NCBI GenBank assembly: GCA_047285805.1
Contig: JBJBCN010000002.1
Location: 864,001 to 928,000, forward strand
Length of the DNA stretch: 64,000 bases
Reading direction: 5' to 3'
DNA from: Synechococcus sp.
GTDB taxonomy: Bacteria > Cyanobacteriota > Cyanobacteriia > PCC-6307 > Cyanobiaceae
The notes beneath the pieces were generated by a model that saw only the letters and a list, made by a program, of their open reading frames with translations, was not told where the DNA came from and did not search any database. Positions 38,751 to 50,912 of the stretch are shown piece after piece (position 1 is the first letter of the stretch; each line of letters starts with the position of its first letter). The position numbers and the translations under genes are program-made.

Positions 38751-39605
38751 TTAGAGCAAGCGCTCCAGGCCATAAACCAGGCCCTCCAACTGACGCACCT
38801 TGCGTGCTGTCAGGAGCACGCCGGGCATGTACGCGGAGCGATCAATCGTGTCGTGGCGAAGGGTGTAGGTCTCGCCCGGGGCACCAAACATCACCTCTTG
38901 ATGGGCCACCAGACCGGGAAGACGGATGGAGTGGAGCCGCAGACCGCTATCCCGCTGACCGCCCCGGCAACCCGCCAGGGTTTCGTGCTCCTCCACCTGC
39001 AGCGGGTTGAACTGCTTGCCGAGGTCCTCCATCAACTCAGCAGTCTTGATGCAGGTGCCGCTCGGAGCGTCGGCCTTGCGGTTGTGGTGCATCTCGGTCA
39101 GCTCGGCGAAGTCATAAAAGCGGGCCGCCGCCGCAGCGGCCTGCTGCAACAGGACCATCCCGACGGAGAAGTTGGGAATCACGGCACCACCCACGGACGC
39201 CTTGGCTGCAAATTGGGCCAGCTCACTGAGTTGCTCGGGGCTCAGGCCGGTGGTGCCGATCACCGGATGGACGCCGTAGGCGATGGCGGCGCGGGTGTGC
39301 TCGTAGACCACCGAGGGATGGGTGAAATCCACAAGAACCGCGCCCTGGCCAAGGCCGTCATTGCGCACGGCCTGACTGGCCTGGCAGAGGGTGCCCTCGA
39401 AGTCAGCGGTGATCGCCACCTCCAACTCCCCAAGGCCGAGCTCCAGCCCCACATCCGCGCCTTCCTTGCCTGGGGTGGTGTCCACGGCCCCCACCAGCTG
39501 GCAATCGGCGGCCGCAACAACGGTTTTGATCACCTCGGCACCCATCCGGCCCAAGGCACCAGCCACCACAACGGACAGGGGCTTGCTGGCGGCGGGCTGA
39601 GTCAT
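38751..39605 (-). CDS. dapB: 4-hydroxy-tetrahydrodipicolinate reductase
   Basis: 'GALGRMG', 'VDFT', 'GTTG', 'NFSVG', '[14 protein letters not shown]'. Confidence 0.96.
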   Translation of the reverse strand: MTQPAASKPLSVVVAGALGRMGAEVIKTVVAAADCQLVGAVDTTPGKEGADVGLELGLGELEVAITADFEGTLCQASQAVRNDGLGQGAVLVDFTHPSVVYEHTRAAIAYGVHPVIGTTGLSPEQLSELAQFAAKASVGGAVIPNFSVGMVLLQQAAAAAARFYDFAELTEMHHNRKADAPSGTCIKTAELMEDLGKQFNPLQVEEHETLAGCRGGQRDSGLRLHSIRLPGLVAHQEVMFGAPGETYTLRHDTIDRSAYMPGVLLTARKVRQLEGLVYGLERLL

Positions 39606-39760
39606 TGGAAGGGCAGAAGGGTGGCCCGAGCCTATGTCGCTCAATACCACGCCTTCTCATCTAGAGGACGCCCCCGAGAACTCCTGTTACAGCAACAAAA
39701 AACCTTCGCGCAGACAGCGCACTCCTACGTAGGCTCCTTCACATTGCTCAATCAGCGCGA

Positions 39761-42700
39761 ATGTTCACGCAGGTCCGCTCCGCCTCCCGCCGCGTCAGCC
39801 CTGCGGAGGTGAACGGCCGGGCCGTGATGAAGGCGGTCTATGTGGTCCTGGAGCCCCAGTATCAGAACGCGCTGACCCAAGCGGCCACCGCCCTGAACGA
39901 GGCCAATGGCCCCCTGGCCGTTGATCTGAGCGGCTACCTGATCGAGGAGCTGCGGGACCCGAAGAACTACGAGGACTTCTGTGCCGACGTCGCTGAAGCC
40001 GATGTCTTCATCGCCTCGCTGATCTTCATTGAAGACTTGGCCCAGAAGGTTGTCGATGCAGTGGCCCCCCACCGCGACCGACTGAAGGCAGCCGTCGTGT
40101 TCCCCTCCATGCCTGAGGTGATGCGCCTAAACAAGTTGGGCAGCTTCTCGATGGCCCAGCTCGGTCAGAGCAAGTCCGCCATCGCGGGCTTCATGAAAAA
40201 GCGCAAGGAGGCCGGTGGTGCCGGGTTCCAGGACGCCATGCTGAAGCTGCTCAACACCCTGCCGACGGTGTTGAAGTATCTGCCGGTGGAGAAGGCGCAG
40301 GACGCCCGCTCCTTCATGCTCAGCTTCCAGTACTGGCTGGGCGGCACTCCGGACAACCTTAGGAACTTCCTGTTGATGCTGGCGGACAAGTACGTCTTCC
40401 CTCTCAGCAGCGAAGACCGTCCCGAGATTCAAGTAGCCGATCCCGAGGTCTTCCCGGACTTGGGCATCTGGCACCCTTTGGCGCCCTCGATGTTCGAGGA
40501 CCTCAAGGAGTACCTCAACTGGAACGCCAGTCGCCAGGACCTCAGCGACAAAGCCCGCAAGGGCCCAGTCATCGGCCTTGTGCTGCAGCGCAGTCACATC
40601 GTTACAGGTGATGAGGCCCACTACGTCGCAGTCATCCAGGAACTCGAGTTCCGCGGCGCCACAGTCGTCCCAGTCTTCTGCGGCGGCCTGGACTTCACCA
40701 AGCCGGTCAACGCTTACTTCTATGACCCGCTTAACCCCGACCAGCCCCTGGTGGACGGAGTGGTCTCCCTGACCGGTTTCGCCCTGGTCGGCGGCCCGGC
40801 CCGTCAGGACCACCCTAAGGCCATTGAGGTCTTAAAGAAGCTCAACCGTCCATACATGGTGGCTCTGCCCCTGGTGTTCCAAACCACCCAGGAGTGGGAA
40901 GAGAGCGATCTGGGACTGCACCCGGTTCAGGTAGCCCTGCAGATCGCCATTCCCGAGCTCGATGGCGCGATCGAACCAATCGTGCTCTCCGGCCGCGACG
41001 ATGCCACCGGCAAAGCCCACACCCTGCAGGACCGGGTAGAAGCCATTGCCGAACGGGCTATCCGTTGGGCCTCCCTGCGGGTCAAGCCCCGCACCGAGAA
41101 GAAGCTGGCGATCACCGTCTTCAGCTTCCCCCCGGACAAGGGCAACGTCGGTACAGCGGCCTACCTCGATGTCTTCGGCTCCATCCACCGCGTGATGGAG
41201 GAAATGCGCGCCAAGGGATACGACGTCAGTGGTCTGCCTCGCACCTCCAAGGAGCTTATGGAGGCCGTGCTGCAGGACCCTGAAGCCCTCGAGGGTGCTC
41301 CGGAGCTGGCAATCGCCCACCGGATGAGCGTTGAGGAATACGAGCGTCTCACTCCCTACTCGGAGCGCCTCGAAGAGAACTGGGGCAAGCCCCCCGGCAA
41401 CTTGAACACCGACGGCACCAACCTGCTGATCTTCGGTCGCAACTTCGGCAACGTCTTCGTCGGCGTTCAACCCACTTTTGGCTACGAGGGTGATCCGATG
41501 CGGCTGCTTTACTCCCGCAGCGCCAGCCCCCACCACGGCTTCGCCGCCTACTACACCTACCTGGAGAAGGTATGGGGTGCCGATGCAGTCCTGCACTTCG
41601 GCACCCACGGCTCCCTGGAGTTCATGCCCGGTAAGCAGATGGGCATGAGCGAGACCTGCTACCCCGACTCGCTGATCGGTGCCCTGCCGAACCTCTACTA
41701 CTACGCCGCCAACAACCCCTCGGAGGCCACCATCGCCAAGCGCCGGGGCTATGCCGAAACCATCAGCTACCTGACACCTCCGGCTGAAAATGCAGGTCTC
41801 TACAAGGGTCTCAAAGAGCTGGGAGAACTGGTGGGCTCCTACCAGCAGCTGCGTGAGAGCTCACGCGGCGTCCAAATCGTCAATGCCGTGGTCGAAACCG
41901 CACGCCAGTGCAACCTCGACAAGGATGTTCAGCTGCCCGAGGTCGATGCGGGTGAGCTGAATCTCGACGGGCGCGATGGCGTTGTTGGCGCGGTCTATCG
42001 CCAACTTATGGAGATCGAGAGCCGGCTGCTGCCCTGCGGCCTGCACACCATCGGTAAGCCCCCCACCGCGGAGGAGGCTATCGCCACCCTGGTGAACATT
42101 GCTGCCCTCGAGCGAGAGGAAGACGGCATCCGTTCCCTGCCTGCCCTGCTGGCGGAGAGCAAAGGCCGCACCATCGCCGATGTCTACAAAGGGAACGACG
42201 AAGGCGTACTCGCCGATGTGGAGCTCAACCGCATTATCACGGAGACCTCACGCGCCGCCATCGGCGCCATGGTCCAGGCCGTCACCGGCAGCGATGGCCG
42301 GGTGACCCTGCGCCGCAACTTCGGTTGGTTCTTCGACCTGCTCGAGCGCTTCGGCTTCAAGCTTCCCAGTCCCTGGCTGAGCGCGTGCCGCTTCGCTGGC
42401 TTCCCCGACGTCGATCAAGCCGAGCTGGAGACCCTCTTCGACTACCTGCAGTTCTGCCTCGAGCAGGTCTGCGCCGATCTAGAGATGGAGAGCCTGCTGA
42501 AAGCCCTCGATGGTGAGTACGTCCTCCCGGGCCCCGGCGGTGATCCGATCCGGAACCCCAACGTGCTGCCCAGCGGCAAGAACCTTCACGCCCTCGATCC
42601 CCAGGCCATACCAACCCGGGCCGCTGTGGCCGCCGCCAAGGTGGTGGTGGACCGCCTGATCGAGCGTCAGCGCAAAGAGCAGGGCACCTGGCCCGAAACC

Positions 42701-43765
42701 ATCGCTTGCGTGCTCTGGGGCACCGACAACATCAAGACCTACGGCGAATCGCTGGCCCAGATCCTCTGGTTCATCGGTGCCCGTCCGGTGCCCGACTCCC
42801 TGGGCCGGGTGAACAAGCTTGAGCTGATCCCCCTCGAGGAGCTCGGCCGTCCCCGCGTCGATGTCGTGGTGAACTGCAGCGGCGTCTTTCGCGACCTATT
42901 CATCAACCAGATGGCCCTGATCGATCAAGGCGTGAAGATGGCCGCCGAGGCCGATGAGCCCCTGGAGATGAACTTCGTGCGCAAGCACGCCCAGGACCAG
43001 GCCGAGAAGGAAGGCGTCTCCCTTCGGGATGCAGCGACCCGGGTGTTCTCAAACGCCAGCGGCAGCTACAGCTCCAACGTCAACCTTGCGGTGGAAAACA
43101 GCACTTGGGAAGAGGAGAACGAGCTGCAGGAGATGTACCTCTCCCGGAAGACCTTCGCCTTCAATGCCGACAACCCCGGCGAGATGGACCAGAAACGCGA
43201 GGTGTTCGAGTCGGTCATGAAGACCGCCGATGTCACCTTCCAGAACCTGGACTCAGCGGAGATCTCCCTCACCGACGTGAGCCACTACTTCGACAGTGAC
43301 CCCACCAAATTGATCCAAGGGCTGCGGGATGACGGCAAGGCTCCTTCGAGCTACATCGCCGACACCACCACAGCGAACGCCCAGGTGCGCTCCTTGAGCG
43401 AGACGATCCGATTGGATTCGCGCACCAAGCTGCTCAACCCGAAGTGGTACGAGGGCATGCTCGACTCCGGCTACGAGGGTGTGCGTGAAGTGGCCAAGCG
43501 CCTCAACTTCACCCTGGGCTGGAGTGCCACCAGTGGTTCCGTGGACAACTTCGTCTACGAAGAAGCCAACGAGACCTTCATCAACGATCCCGAGATGCGC
43601 AAGCGTCTAATGGATCTCAACCCCCACAGCTTCCGCCGCATCGTCGGCACGCTGCTCGAGGTGAATGGCCGCGGCTACTGGGAGACCTCCGACGAGAACA
43701 TCGAACAACTCCAGGAGATCTACCAGGAGATCGAAGACCGGATCGAGGGCGTCAGCGAGGGTTGA
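39761..43765 (+). CDS. chlH: Magnesium chelatase subunit H
   Basis: 1334 aa; '[10 protein letters not shown]', '[14 protein letters not shown]', 'LWGTDNIKT', '[10 protein letters not shown]'. Confidence 0.97.
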   Translation: MFTQVRSASRRVSPAEVNGRAVMKAVYVVLEPQYQNALTQAATALNEANGPLAVDLSGYLIEELRDPKNYEDFCADVAEADVFIASLIFIEDLAQKVVDAVAPHRDRLKAAVVFPSMPEVMRLNKLGSFSMAQLGQSKSAIAGFMKKRKEAGGAGFQDAMLKLLNTLPTVLKYLPVEKAQDARSFMLSFQYWLGGTPDNLRNFLLMLADKYVFPLSSEDRPEIQVADPEVFPDLGIWHPLAPSMFEDLKEYLNWNASRQDLSDKARKGPVIGLVLQRSHIVTGDEAHYVAVIQELEFRGATVVPVFCGGLDFTKPVNAYFYDPLNPDQPLVDGVVSLTGFALVGGPARQDHPKAIEVLKKLNRPYMVALPLVFQTTQEWEESDLGLHPVQVALQIAIPELDGAIEPIVLSGRDDATGKAHTLQDRVEAIAERAIRWASLRVKPRTEKKLAITVFSFPPDKGNVGTAAYLDVFGSIHRVMEEMRAKGYDVSGLPRTSKELMEAVLQDPEALEGAPELAIAHRMSVEEYERLTPYSERLEENWGKPPGNLNTDGTNLLIFGRNFGNVFVGVQPTFGYEGDPMRLLYSRSASPHHGFAAYYTYLEKVWGADAVLHFGTHGSLEFMPGKQMGMSETCYPDSLIGALPNLYYYAANNPSEATIAKRRGYAETISYLTPPAENAGLYKGLKELGELVGSYQQLRESSRGVQIVNAVVETARQCNLDKDVQLPEVDAGELNLDGRDGVVGAVYRQLMEIESRLLPCGLHTIGKPPTAEEAIATLVNIAALEREEDGIRSLPALLAESKGRTIADVYKGNDEGVLADVELNRIITETSRAAIGAMVQAVTGSDGRVTLRRNFGWFFDLLERFGFKLPSPWLSACRFAGFPDVDQAELETLFDYLQFCLEQVCADLEMESLLKALDGEYVLPGPGGDPIRNPNVLPSGKNLHALDPQAIPTRAAVAAAKVVVDRLIERQRKEQGTWPETIACVLWGTDNIKTYGESLAQILWFIGARPVPDSLGRVNKLELIPLEELGRPRVDVVVNCSGVFRDLFINQMALIDQGVKMAAEADEPLEMNFVRKHAQDQAEKEGVSLRDAATRVFSNASGSYSSNVNLAVENSTWEEENELQEMYLSRKTFAFNADNPGEMDQKREVFESVMKTADVTFQNLDSAEISLTDVSHYFDSDPTKLIQGLRDDGKAPSSYIADTTTANAQVRSLSETIRLDSRTKLLNPKWYEGMLDSGYEGVREVAKRLNFTLGWSATSGSVDNFVYEEANETFINDPEMRKRLMDLNPHSFRRIVGTLLEVNGRGYWETSDENIEQLQEIYQEIEDRIEGVSEG

Positions 43766-43787
43766 GTTTCAACCCGACCCCCAGTTA

Positions 43788-43812
43788 GGCCCTTCGGGGG
43801 CCTTTTTTATTG
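43788..43812 (+). terminator. Intrinsic terminator after chlH
   Basis: GGCCC-TTCG loop-GGGCC followed by TTTTTT. Confidence 0.75.
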
Positions 43813-43814
43813 GC

Positions 43815-44648
43815 CTAACGCCACAGTGCGTCGGCCATCCGTGTGACCTGGGCGATGGCCACCCCGTCATGCACCCGCACGACGTCGACACCCGCCGCAA
43901 CGCAGCGCGCCACCACCGCAGCGCTCCCCCAGAGCCGCGCCTTGGGCCGAGGCTCATCTAGAACAGCACCAATAAACCGTTTGCGGGATGGCCCCACCAG
44001 CAGCGGAATGCCGTCAACCTTGAGCTGCTCCAGTCCCCTCAGAAGCTCCAGGTTCTGCTCGGTGGTCTTCGCAAAGCCCAGACCGGGATCCCAGATCAAC
44101 TGGTCCTGACGGATGCCTGCCGCCAAGGCGGTTTCCGTGGACAGGCGCAACTCCAGAAGCACTCCAGCTACGACCCCTGCTGAGCTGTAGTCAACGAGGC
44201 CGTCCATCGTCTGGCTATCGCCACGGGAGTGCATCAAGACATAGGGGCAGCCGGCGTCCGCCACCACCTTGAGGATCTCGGGATCACGGGAACCGCCGCT
44301 GATGTCGTTGATCCAATCAGCACCGGCTTCGAGGGCCGCTTCCGCGACGGAGGCGCGATAGGTGTCGACAGAGATCAGGGCCTGAAGCGACTCGGCATCA
44401 ATGGCCGAGCGAATCAAACGCAGGCTGGGGAGCAGGCGACGCAGCTCTTCCGCCGGTCCGACATCCTCTGCACCGGGACGCGTGCTCTGAGCACCCAGAT
44501 CGATGACGGAGACGCCAGCGTTCGCGAATCGCCGGGCCTGTTTCAGCGCTTGGTCAGGATGACCGAAACGGCCCCCATCGCTGAAGGAATCGGGGGTGAG
44601 GTTGATCACCCCCATCACCTGGGTGCACTGGCCCCAGGAATCCCACAT
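43815..44648 (-). CDS. folP: Dihydropteroate synthase
   Basis: 'MGVINLTPDSFSDGG', 'STRPG', 'DPGLGFAK', 'SRKRF', 'RVHD'. Confidence 0.95.
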   Translation of the reverse strand: MWDSWGQCTQVMGVINLTPDSFSDGGRFGHPDQALKQARRFANAGVSVIDLGAQSTRPGAEDVGPAEELRRLLPSLRLIRSAIDAESLQALISVDTYRASVAEAALEAGADWINDISGGSRDPEILKVVADAGCPYVLMHSRGDSQTMDGLVDYSSAGVVAGVLLELRLSTETALAAGIRQDQLIWDPGLGFAKTTEQNLELLRGLEQLKVDGIPLLVGPSRKRFIGAVLDEPRPKARLWGSAAVVARCVAAGVDVVRVHDGVAIAQVTRMADALWR

Positions 44649-45403
44649 CAGACGGGCTGGAAGTTGGCGATCCGTGCGAACCCTTCGGGATCTAGAGATG
44701 CGCCGCCGACGAGGACGCCGTCGATGTCGCTCTGGGCCATCAGCTGATCAATGGTGGCGGGGTTCACCGATCCGCCGTACTGAACGACGACCTCGGGGTA
44801 GCCAACCCACTCGCGGATCAGGCCGCAGATGCGGTTGGCTTCACTGGCTTCACAGGTCTTGCCGGTGCCGATCGCCCAGATGGGCTCATAGGCCACGATC
44901 AGCTTCGAGTGATCGAGACCATCCACGCCCTGCTGCACTTGGCGACGGATTACCTTCTCAGCCTCACCGGCTTCTCGCTGGGAGTCGCTCTCCCCCACAC
45001 AGAGAATGGGAATGATCCCGTGCTTCTGGGCGCTGCGGGCGCGCAAATTGATCTGCTCGTCGGTCTCGCTGTAGTACTTGCGGGGCTCGCTGTGGCCAAC
45101 GATGGCGTGGCTCACGCCGTGCTCAAGCAGCATCCCAGCGGAGACCATCCCGGTGAAGGCGCCCTTCTCCTGCCAGTGGATGTTCTGAGCCGAAATCTGA
45201 ATGCAGCTGCCGGTAAGGGCACTGCTAAGGGTGGCGATGGCGGTGAAGGGCGGAGCCAAGACCACCTCGCGGTCAGCGGGAAGATTTGCCACCAGGGGCT
45301 TGAAGGCTTCTGCAAAAGCCTGCGCTTCAGCGCAGGTCATGTGCATCTTCCAATTGCCCGCGATGACAGCCTTGCCCACTGGGTTCTTCGGTTGATCAGC
45401 CAC
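44648..45403 (-). CDS. tpiA: Triosephosphate isomerase
   Basis: 'AGNWKM', 'GHSE', '[11 protein letters not shown]', 'YGGSV', 'LVGGASL'. Confidence 0.97.
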   Translation of the reverse strand: MADQPKNPVGKAVIAGNWKMHMTCAEAQAFAEAFKPLVANLPADREVVLAPPFTAIATLSSALTGSCIQISAQNIHWQEKGAFTGMVSAGMLLEHGVSHAIVGHSEPRKYYSETDEQINLRARSAQKHGIIPILCVGESDSQREAGEAEKVIRRQVQQGVDGLDHSKLIVAYEPIWAIGTGKTCEASEANRICGLIREWVGYPEVVVQYGGSVNPATIDQLMAQSDIDGVLVGGASLDPEGFARIANFQPV

Positions 45404-45424
45404 CCAACCTAAAGCCTTGCGAGA

Positions 45425-45688
45425 TCAGGCTTCTTCCGGGGGCTTCGCCACGACATGGGTCTGACCATCCAGCTCAACCCGATCACCGGGCTTGAGCTTG
45501 CGGCCGCGCTGGGTCTCCTGAAAGCCATTCACACGAACATCTCCCCCCTGGATGCGCTGCTTGGCTTCACCACCGGTGAAAACCAGGCCCTGCCACTTGA
45601 GGAATTGATCCAAGCGAATCGCGTCTGCCGCCGAAGGGGTTCCGCTCAAAAAAGCGCTGATAGCTTGCCCCGATGCTCGCACCCTCAT
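45425..45688 (-). CDS. RNA-binding S4 domain protein (YaaA/YbcJ-like); true start probably downstream of the ORF start
   Basis: 'RLDQFLK....TGGEAK..IQ.G.V.VNG..ET.RGRKL'. Confidence 0.85.
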   Translation of the reverse strand: MRVRASGQAISAFLSGTPSAADAIRLDQFLKWQGLVFTGGEAKQRIQGGDVRVNGFQETQRGRKLKPGDRVELDGQTHVVAKPPEEA

Positions 45689-47409
45689 CGGCCGGCTTCC
45701 GGCGCCTGCTGCCGCTGCTGAAGCCCCACCGCCCCGCGCTGATCGTGGGTGGGGTTTGCATGCTCATCTTTGTGGGCTGTTGGCCCCTGTTGGCCTGGCT
45801 GGCCGGTCAGTTGATCCCCGCCATCGGTGCCGGGGATTTCAACCGGGTGATCCAGGTCATCGGCCTGGCCCTCACGGTCTTCATGGTCCAGAAGGTGGCC
45901 CAATTCGGACAGGACACCCTGTTGGCCGGGCCGGCTCTGCAGGTCAGCCAGGAACTGCGGCGCCGGCTCTTTGCCCGACTGCAACGGCTCGATTTCGGAG
46001 TGCTCGAGAAGCTCTCCGCCGGAGACCTGACCTACCGCCTCACCGAGGACGCCGACCGGGTGGGGGAGGTCATCTACAAGACTATCCAGGACACCACCCC
46101 GTCGGTCCTGCAGCTGGTGGTGGTCTTCGGCTACATGGTCTGGCTGGACTGGAAGCTCTCCATCGGGACCCTGCTGCTAGCCCCCTTGGTGGCGGTGCTG
46201 GTCAGCCTGTTCGGCGCCAAGGTCATGGGCGCCGCCGAGAAGAGTCAGAAACAGGTCAGCGAACTGGCTGCCCTTCTGGGGGAGGCCATCTCCGGACTTC
46301 CCCTCGTCCGGGCCTTTGCCGCTGAACCATGGTTGCAGCAGCGTTTTGAAATCGAGATCGACCTACACCGCAAGGCCCGCTATCGCACCCAGAAACTCCT
46401 GGCTCTGCAGTACCCCGTCGTCGGCTTCCTGGAAGCAGCGGGCATCCTGGCCGTGCTTCTGATGGGTGCCGCGCGCATCCAGAGCGGTGACCTCGATGGC
46501 CAGGGCTTCAGCAGTTATGTCGCCGCGCTGCTGATGCTGATCGACCCGATTAGCCACCTCACCACCAACTTCAACGAGTTCCAGCAGGGCCAGGCCTCGC
46601 TGAAGCGCCTGCGGGAAATTGAACGGGAAGCGGTCGAGCAGCCGGATCGCCCCGACGCCCAACCCTTGGGCCGGGTCGCCGGTGAACTGCGGCTGGAGCA
46701 GGTCAGCTTTGGCTACGACCCGCAGCAACCGGTTCTGAAGAACCTCTCGCTCCAGGTCAAACCCGGCCAGGTCGTCGCATTGGTTGGTCCCTCCGGAGCC
46801 GGTAAGAGCACCCTCTTCTCGCTGCTGCTGCGCTTCAACACCGCCCAGGGCGGCCAGGTGCTGCTGGATGGGCGAAACCTGGCGGACCTCAAGGCCACGG
46901 AATTACGGACAGCGGTCGCTCTGGTGCCACAACAAAGTGCCGTTTTCTCGGGCTCGGTCGCTGAGGCGATCGCCTTTGGACGCCCGGCCAGCCGCGAGCA
47001 GATCCAGGCGGCCGCCCGCCTGGCCAATGCGGACGGTTTCATCGAAGCCCTCCCCGGCAGCTATGACGCGCGCGTCGAGGAGCGGGGCAGCAACTTCTCC
47101 GGCGGCCAGCTCCAGCGTCTCGCCATCGCGAGGGCGGTGCTGGGCAACCCGGCCGTCCTGCTTCTGGATGAGGCCACCAGCGCCCTGGATGCCGAAGCTG
47201 AGGAAGCCGTGCAGCGGGGTCTGAATCAGGCCATGAAGGGCCGCACGGTGCTTGTCATTGCTCACCGCCTCTCCACCGTCCAGGAGGCCGACTCGATCCT
47301 GGTGCTCGACAACGGCCAGATCATCGACCAAGGTAACCACGATCTGCTGATCAGCCGCCCGGGCCGCTACCGAGACCTCTGCGAGCGCCAGCTAATTCGC
47401 GGTGCTTAA
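45673..47409 (+). CDS. ABC exporter, fused permease/ATPase (MsbA-like)
   Basis: TM domain plus 'GPSGAGKST', 'FSGGQLQR', 'LDEATSALD', 'IAHRLST'. Confidence 0.9.
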   Translation: MLAPSSAGFRRLLPLLKPHRPALIVGGVCMLIFVGCWPLLAWLAGQLIPAIGAGDFNRVIQVIGLALTVFMVQKVAQFGQDTLLAGPALQVSQELRRRLFARLQRLDFGVLEKLSAGDLTYRLTEDADRVGEVIYKTIQDTTPSVLQLVVVFGYMVWLDWKLSIGTLLLAPLVAVLVSLFGAKVMGAAEKSQKQVSELAALLGEAISGLPLVRAFAAEPWLQQRFEIEIDLHRKARYRTQKLLALQYPVVGFLEAAGILAVLLMGAARIQSGDLDGQGFSSYVAALLMLIDPISHLTTNFNEFQQGQASLKRLREIEREAVEQPDRPDAQPLGRVAGELRLEQVSFGYDPQQPVLKNLSLQVKPGQVVALVGPSGAGKSTLFSLLLRFNTAQGGQVLLDGRNLADLKATELRTAVALVPQQSAVFSGSVAEAIAFGRPASREQIQAAARLANADGFIEALPGSYDARVEERGSNFSGGQLQRLAIARAVLGNPAVLLLDEATSALDAEAEEAVQRGLNQAMKGRTVLVIAHRLSTVQEADSILVLDNGQIIDQGNHDLLISRPGRYRDLCERQLIRGA

Positions 47410-47418
47410 CCTGGTCCC

Positions 47419-47805
47419 ATGACGGACCAGGGACCCACCGCAAAGCCACTCGGTGAGATGCCCGTCTGGGAGTACCGGGTCATCCACATCAATGTGGAAA
47501 ACAACAACCCGCCAGCCCCCCCGGACCCGAAGGTGGCAAGCGAGCGGATGGGCGGGAAGCTCAGCCCGGAATTCATCAGCCGGGAATTTCCGCAGCAGTA
47601 CGGGCACGAGCAACAGGCCAAGGCGAAGGCCGCCCCGAAGCATCCGGCCGAACAGCTCCAGCACTTCCTGAACCTGTTGGGCAAGGATGGCTGGGAGCTG
47701 ACGACCACCACTCAGGTGGGTCAGTTGCTGATGTTCTTTTTCAAGCGGCCGTTGCGACCACTGCCCAAGCAAATTCCGCCGGCAGAGACCAAGAAAGCCC
47801 CGTAA
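47419..47805 (+). CDS. Conserved hypothetical protein
   Basis: 'WEYRVIHIN...FLNLLGKDGWEL...FFFKRP'. Confidence 0.65.
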   Translation: MTDQGPTAKPLGEMPVWEYRVIHINVENNNPPAPPDPKVASERMGGKLSPEFISREFPQQYGHEQQAKAKAAPKHPAEQLQHFLNLLGKDGWELTTTTQVGQLLMFFFKRPLRPLPKQIPPAETKKAP

Positions 47806-47831
47806 GGTGACCCGGACTACAGCCTTGTGTC

Positions 47832-48059
47832 GTGACCGACTCCGCCGCCCAGATCCCACCCGTTCTGACCTTTGAGGGGAAGCGCTACGACCTCAACGCG
47901 CTACCTGAGGAGGTCAAGGAGTTGGTGCGCGGCATGCAGGTTGCCGATGCCCAGCTGCGCATGCACGAAGACACCCTGAAGGTTCTGGCTGTCGGCCGTC
48001 AATCCATGGCGATGCAGCTCAACGACAAGCTGCAGGGCGTCACCCCGATGGCCGACTGA
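47832..48059 (+). CDS. Conserved small protein (DUF6447-like)
   Basis: 'LTFEGKRYDLN.LP', 'QVADAQLR'. Confidence 0.7.
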   Translation: MTDSAAQIPPVLTFEGKRYDLNALPEEVKELVRGMQVADAQLRMHEDTLKVLAVGRQSMAMQLNDKLQGVTPMAD

Positions 48060-49040
48060 TTAACCGATCGGCAAGCCGCACTCGTTGAAGATCCCCTCGA
48101 AGAGTACCGAGCTGAGATACCGCTCGCCGGAGTCAGGGAGAACCACAACGATCGTCTTGCCGGCGTTGGCTGGATCCTTAGCCAGACGCAGGGCTGCCAC
48201 AGTGGCGGCCCCACAGCTGATGCCTGCCAGGATCCCCTCCTCTTTGGCGAGGCGGCGGGCCATCTCCACGGCCTCGTCATCACCGACCTGCTCCACTGAA
48301 TCGACCATGGCCAGGTCGAGGTTGCCGGGCACAAAGCCCGCGCCGATGCCCTGAATCTTGTGGGGGCCAGGCTGCAGGGCATGACCACCCTTGGTCTGGC
48401 TGATCACCGGGCTGTTGATCGGCTCAACGGCGACCGTGTGCAGCGGCCTGTCCAGGGTGTTCTTGATGTAGCGGCTAACGCCGGTCAAGGTGCCTCCGGT
48501 GCCGACGCCAGAGACAAAGAAGTCAACGTTGCCGTCGGTATCGCTCCAGATCTCAGGCCCGGTGGTGTCGTGGTGCACCTGGGGGTTCGCGGGGTTCACG
48601 AACTGCTGCAGCAGCACGTAGCGATCGGGGTCGCTCGCAGCTATTTCCTTGGCCCGGTTCACGGCCCCGGTCATCCCCAGACGACCTTCGGTGAGCTCCA
48701 GATGGGCACCGAAGGCGGTCAGCAGCTTGCGCCGCTCAAGGCTCATCGTTTCCGGCATGGTCAGGGTGAGCTTGATCCCCTTACTCGCCGCCACAAAGGC
48801 CAACGCAATACCGGTGTTGCCACTGGTGGGCTCGATCAGCTCCTTACCAGGACCCAGCAGACCATCGCGCTCGGCTGCAGCGACCATCGCGGCACCGATC
48901 CGGCACTTCACCGAGTAGGCCGGATTGCGGCCCTCAATCTTGGCCAGCACACGCGCACCGCAGCCCTCTGTGATGCGGTTGAGCTGGACCAATGGGGTGC
49001 GGCCGATCGTGAGGCTGTTATCGCTAAAGATCGCGGCCAT
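48060..49040 (-). CDS. cysK: Cysteine synthase A
   Basis: 'IGRTPLV', '[11 protein letters not shown]', 'EPTSGNTG', 'GVGTGGT', 'HKIQGIG', 'DSGERYLS'. Confidence 0.95.
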   Translation of the reverse strand: MAAIFSDNSLTIGRTPLVQLNRITEGCGARVLAKIEGRNPAYSVKCRIGAAMVAAAERDGLLGPGKELIEPTSGNTGIALAFVAASKGIKLTLTMPETMSLERRKLLTAFGAHLELTEGRLGMTGAVNRAKEIAASDPDRYVLLQQFVNPANPQVHHDTTGPEIWSDTDGNVDFFVSGVGTGGTLTGVSRYIKNTLDRPLHTVAVEPINSPVISQTKGGHALQPGPHKIQGIGAGFVPGNLDLAMVDSVEQVGDDEAVEMARRLAKEEGILAGISCGAATVAALRLAKDPANAGKTIVVVLPDSGERYLSSVLFEGIFNECGLPIG

Positions 49041-49140
49041 GGGGCTTTGGGCTGCACACACAACTGTTTCGGCACCCTAAGAACTGTGGGGGCAAAAAGG
49101 GAAAACGTTTCTAGCGTTCGGTTGATTTTGTGATCGGGCC

Positions 49141-49632
49141 GTGGACCCCAAAACCCTGCGTCGCGTCGCGGCCGTGTTGCTTTTTCTGGCGGGGGTCACA
49201 TCGATCGCGCTCCCCTTCATTTCCTCGACCGCGCTGACCTTGAGCATTGGCGTGATCGCCGCGGTGGCCGGCGTCACGCAACTATTGCGTCTTGGGCAGG
49301 CCGAGGACACCAAAAGCAAGCTCTTCCGTGGCCTTTCCGGCCTCTTCTACGTCGTGGCAGGGATCTGGGTGGTGGCCTATCCGGTTGAGAGCGAAATCAG
49401 CCTGACCCTCTTCGTCGGCCTGCTCCTGATCTTCGAGGGAGTAATGGAGCTCGCCTCCTCCGCCACCAGCCAAGCGCAAGCGCGGGGCCTGGTGCTGGCA
49501 GATGGTCTGGTGACGGCCCTGCTGGGTGGCCTGCTGGTGGCCGAGTGGCCCAGCGACAGCCTCTGGGCCGTCGGCACCCTCTTTGGCCTCTCCCTGTTCT
49601 TCACTGGGTTTAGGCTGGTGACGGCTGAGTGA
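49141..49632 (+). CDS. HdeD/DUF308 family membrane protein
   Basis: Six short TM helices; 'WPSDSLWAVGTLFG'. Confidence 0.75.
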   Translation: MDPKTLRRVAAVLLFLAGVTSIALPFISSTALTLSIGVIAAVAGVTQLLRLGQAEDTKSKLFRGLSGLFYVVAGIWVVAYPVESEISLTLFVGLLLIFEGVMELASSATSQAQARGLVLADGLVTALLGGLLVAEWPSDSLWAVGTLFGLSLFFTGFRLVTAE

Positions 49633-50828
49633 CCCGACCGCCCTGCTTCATCGTTGTCGGAGCGGGACCCGCTGGGTTGAGCCTGGCCCTGCAGCTGGCC
49701 GAAGGCGGAACCAAGGTCACGCTGATCGAAGCCAGTGACCGCTTCAGCCGACAGTTCCGCGGCGAAGCCCTGATGCCCAGCGGCCAGGAGGCCCTGGCCC
49801 ACATGGGAGTACTGGCGATGCTGGAGGACCTCCCACAGCGGCCCTTGGAGGGATGGAGCGTCTGGCTGGAGCGCCGATGCCTGTTCCGCGTCGCCGAACC
49901 CATGGGCTCCTTGATGCCCTGCACCCTGGTGCCCCAAGATGCACTTCTAGAGGCACTGCTCGAGAGGGCGCGGCGCTGCTCGACCCTGCAGTGGCAGCCG
50001 GGGCAAGCCGTCAGACAGCTACTGAAGCGGGGGACACGCATCAGCGGCGTCGAACTCAGCAGCGGCGAGCAACAAGAGGCCGACCTGGTCATCGGCTGCG
50101 ATGGACGCGGATCCCTACTGCGTCAACAGGCCGGAATCCAGCTCAAGCGCTTGGGCAAGCCGCTGGAGCTGCTCTGGTTTGAGCTGCCCGGACCGATCCC
50201 CAAGGACTGCGTCTGGGGATTTCAAACCCTGGTGGCGGGAGGGAGGATCGGCAGTGCCTGCCTGAACGCCTCAGGTCACCTACAACTGGCCTGGTTGATC
50301 AAGCCAGGGGAGGAGCGGGACAACCTCTCTTCTGGGGAGTGGGGGCTGCGGCTGGCCAACCTGGCACCCGCCCCCCTGGCGCAGTTGCTGATCGAGCGTG
50401 GAGCAGGCCTGGGTGCACCCGTGCGCTTCAAGGTGCAGGTGGGCATGGCAGAGCGTTGGCAGAAACCCGGCCTGCTCCTCCTTGGCGACGCCGCCCACCC
50501 GATGAGTCCGATTCGCGCCCAGGGGATCAACTTGGCGCTGCGGGACAGCGTGGTTGCAGCCGAGGCCCTACTTGCCGGCGGAGACGTGGAAATCGCGTCG
50601 ACGACGATCGAGCAGCAACGGCGACCCGAGGTGCGCCGTTTGCAGAAGCTCCAAGAAGCCGAGGCTCGCCAGGGGCATCTGATTGGCTATAGCAACGCTC
50701 TGCGCTATGGACTCACGCTGACCCGTGGATGGATGGGCCCCCTCGCCCAAAGGGTCTGGCTGGCCAGACAAGGCCCCCTCAGAGATGGACTTCCCGAGCA
50801 GCTGCCAAAGCCGTGGGTCGAGCCGTAA
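49629..50828 (+). CDS. FAD-dependent oxidoreductase/monooxygenase
   Basis: 'VGAGPAG', 'FRGE', 'GCDGR', 'GDAAHPMSPIRAQGINLALRD'. Confidence 0.88.
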   Translation: MTRPPCFIVVGAGPAGLSLALQLAEGGTKVTLIEASDRFSRQFRGEALMPSGQEALAHMGVLAMLEDLPQRPLEGWSVWLERRCLFRVAEPMGSLMPCTLVPQDALLEALLERARRCSTLQWQPGQAVRQLLKRGTRISGVELSSGEQQEADLVIGCDGRGSLLRQQAGIQLKRLGKPLELLWFELPGPIPKDCVWGFQTLVAGGRIGSACLNASGHLQLAWLIKPGEERDNLSSGEWGLRLANLAPAPLAQLLIERGAGLGAPVRFKVQVGMAERWQKPGLLLLGDAAHPMSPIRAQGINLALRDSVVAAEALLAGGDVEIASTTIEQQRRPEVRRLQKLQEAEARQGHLIGYSNALRYGLTLTRGWMGPLAQRVWLARQGPLRDGLPEQLPKPWVEP

Positions 50829-50912
50829 ACCTCATGTTGAACGACGTGACTTAGCAAGAAGACAGGCCTGAAGGGAAGAGCCAGGGGCAGACCGCAAGAT
50901 CGAGCACGTCCT